From: the human T2T-CHM13v2.0 reference genome, Homo sapiens
Strand: one strand, 5' to 3'
Length of the DNA: 64,000 nt
Assembly (NCBI RefSeq): GCF_009914755.1
Contig: NC_060935.1
The translations under genes and the position numbers were made by a program. This document shows, piece by piece, positions 54,968 to 64,000 of the stretch. Under the pieces are notes generated by a model. The model saw nothing but the letters and a program-made list of their open reading frames with translations, did no database searches and was not told where the DNA came from. Each line of letters starts with the position of its first letter. The first letter of the stretch is position 1.

Positions 54968-55108
54968 CCTTGGCTTCAGGGTCAGCAGCTTAACTTTTTC
55001 TCTCTCTGGGCACCAGTGTGAGCTGTGTTGTGGGTCCCCTCTGTCCATCTGCAAAATGGACAGCTTTGGCTCTCTTTCTCTGGGCACCAGCGCCTGCACT
55101 AGAGCCAT
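54968..55108 (-). CDS. C11orf40: C11orf40 coding exon 1 (MALVQAL...LLTLKPR)
   Basis: ATG in a strong Kozak context (AACATGG), donor AGG|GTGAGC. The four exons sum to 141+167+139+207 = 654 nt = 217 aa + stop. Real protein production is unproven. Confidence 0.8.
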
Positions 55109-55157
55109 GTTGAGTTGAGCCAAGCCCCAAAAGTCCCTGTATAGTGTTAGCAAGGCA

Positions 55158-55163
55158 ATTATA
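55158..55163 (-). promoter_or_regulatory. LTR TATA-like box (TATAAT) upstream of the C11orf40 ATG
   Basis: AAAAGGTATAATTG on the minus strand, ~50 nt 5' of the ATG. Confidence 0.55.
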
Positions 55164-56044
55164 CCTTTTACAGACAATAGTGGCTCAGAGCCAAGTATGA
55201 ACTTACACAAACAATCTATATAACAAGTAGAAGTGTGCACCTGTGCAACAAACTTGCTGAATCATGCAGGCCTGGATATCTGCCTTGGCTTATTCCTTGA
55301 CCAAAACACATCCATATACGTTACAATGGGTGAAGGGAATAAATGGTCAGACTTTTCCTGATGATAGAATGGACTCTCCCATTGTTGCTCCCATGCTTCT
55401 TATCATAGTTCCTGTTTGTTAAGACATTATGAAACAGGTAGAATAAAATTAAACATAATTTAAAAATGAGGACCAAAAATAAATAAAAGTCTGTAAGAAG
55501 CAATATAAACAGACAAAAAATATATTCACCTTCTCAATTTTGGTTTTTAAAAGATTCAGGCATAAAATAACAGAAACAAAACTATTAGAACGAAAATATC
55601 AGACAAATTTGGAAAATACATTTAAAGCTCACTTAAAATGTGCTTGTATTTATTGGTTAACTTTTTAGCAATGGAAATTGTAGAGAAGGACACACGTAGA
55701 GAGCTGGAAGTGATAAATTCTCCTGGCAGGAGGCCAAAGACCTTAAGTAATTGATGTGTCTTGACCTGAACCTCAATCTCAAGAGACTCATTAAGCTGAT
55801 CCATCTCTAAGGATATTCTGCTGTTTGAACAGTTCTGTTGCATTCTCTGTAATAAAAAAAGAGATACTTTTGTGAAGAAATAACTAGAATCTTGTAGATT
55901 TTTTCATTAGGTGGTATTATGGCTGGCTCTTGATGGCCCAAAATGAATTTATTCCCTTGGAAAATATGGCAGGGTTCTTCCTAGTGAAAATTAGCTTAAG
56001 CAAAAAGGACTGTGTGATTGACATGGGACTTGTGTATCAATACT

Positions 56045-56088
56045 TGCACGCATGCGTGTATGCACACACAAACACACATACACACACA
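56045..56088. repeat. Imperfect (CA)n / alternating purine-pyrimidine tract
   Basis: TGCACGCATGCGTGTATGCACACACAAACACACATACACACACA. Confidence 0.8.
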
Positions 56089-56689
56089 AGCCTGACATTT
56101 GCCTTTATGCTGAGGTGGCAAATAGGAACAAAGCTTTGGCCTAATGAATTTCAGACTTAATCCCTAGTTCCCCTCAACGTAACTTCTGAGGTTATAACGT
56201 CTGCAGGCAAAGATTTCCACTATACCCTAAAATCTAGCCACTTGTCGACTATATCATCTCTTCCTTTTATGCTATACTTTCTTCAGCTGCCTAATGTGTG
56301 TCCTAGTCCATTTTAAGTGCAAATTTCCATTACAAAAAAGACTACAAAATGGATCCAAATAGGTTGGAGTCATTAGAGATACCGAATATAGACCTATATG
56401 TCACTTTATCAGCTAGAAATTCAGCATCTAAATTCTCTTTCTTGGCTTCAGTCTGGAGCTTAACATACCCCTGATGCCTACAACACTGATGTAAAAAGTA
56501 TACATATTAACATTTGAGAAGTCCCTATTCTAAGCCACTCCAATATTTGCTAATATTTTATTTAGTATTTTTGGGTCAGTTCTTATAAGAAGATTAGTCT
56601 TTTTTCTTTTTTGCACACTCTTTGCCAAGTTCAGCCATCGACATTAATCATCAATACTGTGTTACCTTTTAAAGGGTGAGAAAGACAGT

Positions 56690-56878
56690 AAGACAGGGTA
56701 AGATGGAAAGCACTGTGTGTTTATAACTAATTTGGACAGTGAAATCTCACCGCTTTTGCAGAATTCTATTCAGTAGAAGTGAACCATTAGGTCCAGCACC
56801 ACTCAGGAAGAGGGGCTTACACTGGGGCACGAATGCCAGAAATGGAACACGGGGTTTCATTTGTGATAACTACTACAG
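56690..56878 (-). mobile_element. MLT1-type MaLR LTR fragment
   Basis: ATTCTATTCAGTAGAAGTGAACCATTAGGTCCAGCACCACTCAGG motif. Confidence 0.55.
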
Positions 56879-59688
56879 GTACCTCCTGGGGAATCTTAGT
56901 AATATTTGGGGCGGGGGACTTTCAGGACCTCAAGATTCTGCATCAACTAATGTAAATAGCCAAGTCAATAGACTGAGATGACATGTGTGTTCCTGAGGAT
57001 AGATCTTTATGTATTTCTAAATGCCTCTTTTGTGTTGGAGTACAGTGTGGAGATTTGAAAAGGGAGAGATGAAGGAATTGAACTGTTTTCTGAAGTTTGA
57101 AGACCTTGTCAATATTTCTTGGGTTTCTTTAGCCGTATTATCTTGAACACAAGAAGGCAATTTTAGCTGGACACAAAATCAAACATTTCTGCTCAATTTT
57201 TGAGATATACAACTCTTACCTATTTTTCTCTGCTTTTTCTGTTCTCTTACAGGCTATGGCAGCTTTGTTCAATGATTGGTTTTACGTCATCCTAGGCATT
57301 CTTCTATATGATGCAGGTTGTAAAGGTTGAATGGCAAGGACTATGGGCAAATAATGACACAGGAGGGACAATCAAAGATGTTGAAAGCTCTTGCTTCCAC
57401 GTAGAATACCTTCTCTTGTATCATTATTCTGTTACCTTAGGTCTTTGTCCTTTTTGGAATATTTCTATTTGGAAGTCTTCTGCCATGGGACTGGGAATGA
57501 AAAAGTGAGTTTAAGGCCACCATCTGTTTGTGAGGATCCACTACTGCTCTGAATGCTTCCGTAGGAACAGGTTGAATCTTAGCAGAGAGTATCCCAGTTT
57601 AGCTGACTCATCTCATGCTGGGGCTACTTAAATCATATCTTAATTGTCTTCTGCATTTGACTGTTCACTTATCAATGTTCAGTATGCTAGTTGATGTTTA
57701 TGTTATGGCCTGCTCTCTGAATGACCCTACAGGAAACAGGATGCACAGGTTTTGGAGTTCAAAATACTAAGGTGTTGGTAGGACTAGTCATTTTGCAGGC
57801 TTGAAGAATGGGTCTTCTATCAGATGTGAAGTTAAACTGAAGTCCACCTGGTCTTTAAGAATGTGCTAGTTTAGGCTGAAGAAGGCACAAAGCCTCTTCC
57901 CACTCCTTGCTCATCACCCCTCAAAATAAGGCAACAAATGGCCTCTCACCATTATCTTCATAAATACCTATGTCTCCATTGAGGATTGGGGGAACTGGGA
58001 ATATGCAGCATTGTCTCCCGATTTTTTATATTTCCAAATATTTATATATTCTTTGCCATTAAAAATACAATAAACTTTATATCTTCTGCCTGTTGACTTC
58101 TTTCTCTCAACTTTATTTCTTCCCAAAGATGATGCCCAGGCAGAAGTCATGACCTTTAAAACATGGCCCCATACACCCCTCTAGCCTCTTGTATTTTCAT
58201 TCCTTTTGAAGGCCCCTGACTCTACCACCTCTGGTTTATTATCTATTTGGAGAACATTTCCCTTATCATACCTTTGTGCTCAGGCACATTTCTTATCTCC
58301 AATTTGAAAAGCTCATCTTCCTTGCTCTCCCCAACATCCTATTTCCCTTCTCCATTCAATAGGACATGATAGTAGTGTCATGGGAAACATTTAACTAGCA
58401 AAGCCTACCTTGAGTCCCCAGGCAGAACGAGGAAGAGTGAACTGGACTTTGAAATATTAAGTACACTGTTAGTGTGAATAGTTCTACGATAAAATAAAGT
58501 GACTTATGGTTGTCAGAATTTAGATCTTAAACTCACTTGCTTACTAACTTTGTGACCTTTATGAACCTCGGCTTCATCTATAAGATGTCAATGCAATGAT
58601 GACAGTTACTTCAGGAGATTCTGAAAACTGACTAATTTTTGAAAAGCATTTATTAGGATGCCTGGCACATAGTGGCCTTTCACAAATCCTACCAATATTG
58701 GATCTTCTTTTTTCCTTCAGTTTGTACTCTATACTCTTGGTCTAACTTTTAGGTATCCTCTGAGGACTTGAAGAAACAAGGACTCTCCAGCCACTAAGCA
58801 TCTGCCTCCTCCTGCAATCTGGAAAGCCCCAGGGGCCAGAGCACACACACAAAAAGCAGTCTCTGGAGGAGTTGCAGTGTTTGGCTGCTGGGCAGAGGCC
58901 AAGGTAAGGTGGGTGTCCAGGGACAAGGCAGGATGATAGAGTATCCAGAGGGAAAAGGGAGCTCCCAATGGGAATTCTTTGGAAAAGAAAATACTTCTCC
59001 CCATGACTATCCATTGTTCATTGATTTTGTGTCATTTTTTCCTGCTCCTCTTGAAGAGTCCTGTACAAATCCCTCTTCTTCTGAGTAAAAGAAATGTAGA
59101 CTACCAGGCATCAACCCATCAGGGAAAGTTGAATAGAGAAGATTCCAAGGATGTAGGTAACTGACCTGGGAATCAGGTGTTGGGCTGATAGAGATCGAAT
59201 GTTGGGCTGATGACCTGACATCAAGGCTGGGTCACCCCAGAATGAAAGTTATAAGGCCTCATGCCTCCCATATAGGGCTGTCTAGGTCTGGTGGTATATC
59301 TGCTATCAAGACCTTATGGAAATGATGTTTGGATGAGGGAGGTGGAGAGGGAACGGAAATATGGTTACTTTGCTTCAAAGCAGAGAGAGGAAAGGGTAAG
59401 TCCAATTTTGAGCTGGTGGAGTAACAGTTTTCAGGGACCAAGAGAAGTTATAAGAAAATAATCCAAGCAATAGGGGTGACTGGGAGTATGCTTGGTTGGA
59501 CAGTGGAGGTACTCAGGAAAAGGCACAGGGTTGTCATAAAGGGAAAGGCTCTACTCAAATGAGTTATGCATTAGTTCTTTTACCTTTAAGACAATTTCAA
59601 CTTGAATTATGTACTTCCCACTCTTTTAATAGAAATGAAAAATCCTCACAGGTCTTGTGCTTTGTGAATCATGAGTTATTGACATTAA

Positions 59689-60024
<336 letters not shown>

Positions 60025-62259
60025 GAACTTTTTAAAGCTACTTTTCGGTGATTGGCCCTCCAGATCTGCACGTGAATGTTTCCACAGGATTAAAAACAAA
60101 GGCAGGTGCAGTGCTAGAAATATGTCTTAGGAGAACTTGGACAGAGCATTCTGAAAACAGTATGCCTTACCAGCCTGAGAGCAATAGTATGTATATCTTG
60201 ATTTGTTCCTACATAGGTGTGTTCATGTGTTCACATTGTAATTATTCATCTAACTGAACATTTGAGATTTGTGCATTTTCCAGCATGTCCATAATGGCTC
60301 AAAAACAAAACCAGAAAGTGAAGGAACAGGCAGTTGTGTGAGATGTTTTGGTAAAACAGGAAGAAAAAGAGTCACTGGCAACAGATCCTTGATGGAGATG
60401 ACATTTGATCTTAGCCAAGAAATTTTCAGTAGCAATACATTGAGTAAAATAAATATTTTAAAAAGAAACAGCCAACAGAATCAAATATCCTGTTCTTTGA
60501 AAAGATTACTAACAATTAAATCTCTAGCAGTGCTAATTAAGAAGAAAAGTAAATGAAGAATTAAAAAAAAAACCACCACTCTCGAAGGCATGAAAGGTAT
60601 GCCCAGTTAGTTTCCAGGGCTGGTGAGAGGAGGGATGAGGCAAGCATCAGCTGAGGCTGCCTCCTGAAGAAAGGTGAATTTACACAGGGCAGCCAGGGTA
60701 GGAATATCCTGGATCAGAGGTGAGTGGGGAAGAGGCTGTTTGGATCCTCAAGCTTTCTGCAGCCCTTTATGCAATAATGCACAAGCCTAAGTTTGTGGCA
60801 TTCAGAACACATGCGGCAGTTTCAAGCATATCCTGAATTTTCTTTCACTCTTTACTACCATTCTACTTCAAAAGCTTTCCCTAATCTTCTTGTGATCCAT
60901 CACTTAAGATGTCTCGCCCAGTGTCCCAGCAGTTTACAGTGAGCTCCTATAAACTGACTGTGATGTGGAGCTCACTACTCTATTCAATCTGTTCCATGAT
61001 ATAGCATTTCTTAAACTCAGGGATTTTCTTCTTGTTGTAGGTTTATTTCTTTTATACAGACCACAGTTTGTAATCATGTCCAAGAAATTTGGCTTTTTAG
61101 AAAACAACTGAGGACTCCTATCACAGCTGTTGTTGGCACCTGGGTGTGGAGTCAATCAGTGCTAGGCTTTCTAGGAGGTTAATTGAAGGGGCAAATATAT
61201 GTCTTTTGGTTAGGATTAAGAACCTGGTAAATGTTCCTCTAGTGCTTGGCTAACACAGAAAATGTCTACTGCAGTAGATGGGATTCTGAGCATAGAATTC
61301 CATTAATCTGATCTATTTCATCACTCAGGTAGAAGTGATGCCCCGATGAGAACTTAAAAAGGGGAAACTAGAGACAGTATACAAGGGTAGGGATATGGCA
61401 GCTTCTTACTATGGAAACCCTTTATTCAGGAGAGGCACAGGAAGAAATAGACAAAGCAAGCTAGTCTTGAGGCTTGGCAAATAAGCACACATCATTTAAG
61501 AGTGCCTGAACACCTAAGACAGTTCTTGGGCTATATATGACTACTGTTACATCAACACAAATCACACAATTGATGTGGTGAACTACTAGGCTGAGGCCTT
61601 GAGAGATACAAATTAGAACCATGAGGGTTTGAGAAAAGAGATCACGTGTCCTTAACATATTCTAGTCCATTCTTGGCATCTGGAGTTCAGGTCTGTGACC
61701 AACCTACATGTCCATTTCTCTGGAAGCAAAATGATCTAATGGCAATAGGAAAAAGAGTTGAAGTAGCAATTTAGCCTGAAAAAGAAATATTTGTCATACT
61801 TGCCTCCACTCCTTAATCTGAATTCAGTTTGGCAAGAGTTGTTATATGACAGCAGAAGTGGAACCATTCTTAGGCTTTCTTATTAAAGATGGGTTGTAGG
61901 CAAAAGTAAGGGAGACGGTTGTCACAGGTATGATGAAGAAACAAAAAAAAATAGCAAGCTAGCAGACAACAAAAATTCTAAACTTGAGAACTGATCTATA
62001 ATGGGACAGATAGTGGGCTCCTCATCATAGTCCAATTAGAAGAATCTTGCTGCGTATAGCCTGTGGTTGAGACATCTTCAGTGGTAGATTATGGGACGAC
62101 AGGAGAAAAGCTCAGGCAATGTGGGTTGAGTGGCTTTTTACTTTTTAATAGTGGTCTTCAAGTCACACACACCCATTTAAGGATGCTACTTGCAGCAATC
62201 TAAAAGTATGGGATTTATGCAGGGAAAACAGTTTCATTTTATATTAGCTACATTTTATT

Positions 62260-62480
62260 GAGCACCTAAGCACCATGCATCATGCTAAGCATTTTTACAA
62301 AGCTTATCACTTAAGTCTCAAAATATCTCTATGATGTATGTACTATTATCTCCTTTTTATGGATGAAGAAACTGGGGCTTGGTGCGTTTACATAATTTGA
62401 CTAAGGCAAAGCGGCTAGCAAGTGATAGAGTGGATTTTTAAGTCTATGGGTATGAATCTAGAACCAATACTTTTCGACTC
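62260..62480. mobile_element. MIR relic
   Basis: TACTATTATCTCCTTTTTATGGATGAAGAAACTGGGGCTT core. Confidence 0.7.
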
Positions 62481-63504
62481 TTCGCTATCCTGCCTCTTGA
62501 TGATGTAGGAACAGTACCACATTTTGAGTGTGGTACATGAAAGTATGCAGGATTTGTAGGCTGTATTCTGAAGAAAAAAACCTAGGGGTTCCATGAAGAA
62601 GATCAGCCAATGTCTCCCAAAGCTGAATGTTACCACCAGAAGAGGCAGCGCCCCTTGCAAGGAGTATTCTCACATGGCTGGGAAAATGTGTCCGTGACCA
62701 AACATCATATGAAATCATTGAAACCAATCATCCTAAGGAGAAAGTAACTAAAGGGCTACCACGCAGGACTGTAATGGCAGTTTAGGCTGACTACTTCTAT
62801 TTTGGGTTCTCCAGCCAGATTATTCACATTATATGATATGGTAACACCTGAAAGAGGCAATGGATGGTGAATGCAGCAATAAACAGAGATCAACAAGCGG
62901 TAGAGCTCAGCTGCTGGCTGTGCACAGCAGTAGCTATCTTTGTCTCATCAAACCTGGCCAAGTGAAACCCCTAATCTTGTTTTATCCACAGTTGTCTTCT
63001 TGACTATCCATATTGGGCTGGATGGACACCTGGGAGTCATAGCTTAAACCCAAAACTTACCACACACTTACTACATGATCTTGGCTAGAATATTTAATCT
63101 CATTTAAGTTATACAAACTGTGTTGTATGGAATGGATGTTTGATCTATTTTACAAATGAAGGAATACACTCAGACTATGAATACTACACTTTTTAACATA
63201 GTACTAGCACATACTATGTTCATAATAAAGTGCCTAACTTTCTAAAGGATAAAGCTTCCTTGTTGCCTGGAATGTCTTGGTAGTTTATCATGAAAAAATA
63301 GCTGCATTGAAAAATCATAAAAGCTTACTGGGTAAAGTTCATCTATAAGGTAGTCCCAAGGTTTTCTTTGTAGTATTTTAATCTATTAATTGAACCTAAG
63401 TAAATAGGATATTCAGGGCAAAGTTTAGAGAAGGTAAGGATTATATTTCCAGGTACTTTATTATCTCCTATGGAAGCTGATTATGTTGTTCTCTAATGAT
63501 CTTA

Positions 63505-63965
63505 TTTTTCCCAACTCATTCATGTATTTCTTTTACCACAAGGATACTTCTTTCATATTTTTTTATAGGCACTGTACCAAGGATAAAAAATACGATATGT
63601 TTGACCTCAGGAAGTTTTTGTTCATATAACAACTAGTAACTGAGCGTACAGAGATGAAAGACAGATTCATTTCTCTGTTTATCCTTCATTCTGTGGAAAC
63701 TTAACCATAATAAACATATATTAATAGACTTCTTTTTAATAGACTTGTGACCTCAGTTATGGATTACACCCTTTGTATAAGATCATAAACAAGAGACATA
63801 CACCTTAATGCACACAATAAAGTCTAGGGAGAGCATTACAATGATCAATTTAGTCTCTGAGGTCACGATGGGAGATTGTATGAAAGCTCAGATGAAAGGG
63901 TATGGAATGGGGAAGGAAGAAAGCAGAAAAGGCTTTCCAAAGGAGGTAAGCCATGAGCTGATCCA
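63505..63965. mobile_element. L2 relic
   Basis: CTCATTCATGTATT, TAGGCACTGT, TTTCCAAAGGAGGT..TGAGCTGA motifs; very degenerate. Confidence 0.45.
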
Positions 63966-64000
63966 TGAACAATGAATACAAATTTGGAAGGGAAGAATAT

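Larger units (their letters stand above)
54746..55325 (-). mobile_element. LTR18B-like (HERV-L18) solo LTR
   Basis: Minus strand TGTAACGTATATGGATGTGTTTTGGTCAAGGAATAAG...TGACA; perfect 5-bp TSD ATGGG (54741-54745 / 55326-55330). Confidence 0.88.

Overview
Primate (human-like) genomic DNA, recognisable as the class I olfactory receptor cluster at 11p15.4. The window holds one intact single-exon receptor CDS, OR52M1 (+, 22461-23414). It also holds a four-exon, 217-codon orphan ORF on the minus strand (55108-48704) that I reconstructed from GT-AG sites and recognise as C11orf40. Nearly everything else is transposon-derived: an old L1MA-type element with nested LTRs and Alus, two full-length dead L1PA copies, truncated L1s, an ancient ERVL (LTR16-type) provirus with an L1 and a gag-only ERV1 nested inside it, solo LTRs, Alus, MIR and L2 relics. 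Most ORFs in the track are L1/ERV debris or chance ORFs. I found no convincing new biological system. The most interesting observations are: (1) the orphan gene is partly assembled from TEs, with a solo LTR18 supplying TATA, Kozak ATG, exon 1 and the donor, and the last exon lying antisense to ERVL RT; (2) a CpG-rich minisatellite multiplying an LTR core promoter; (3) several template-switch micro-inversions and hairpins; (4) an Alu with an apparently inverted or replaced tail. Repeat subfamily names and reference comparisons are from memory of consensus sequences, not from a database search.
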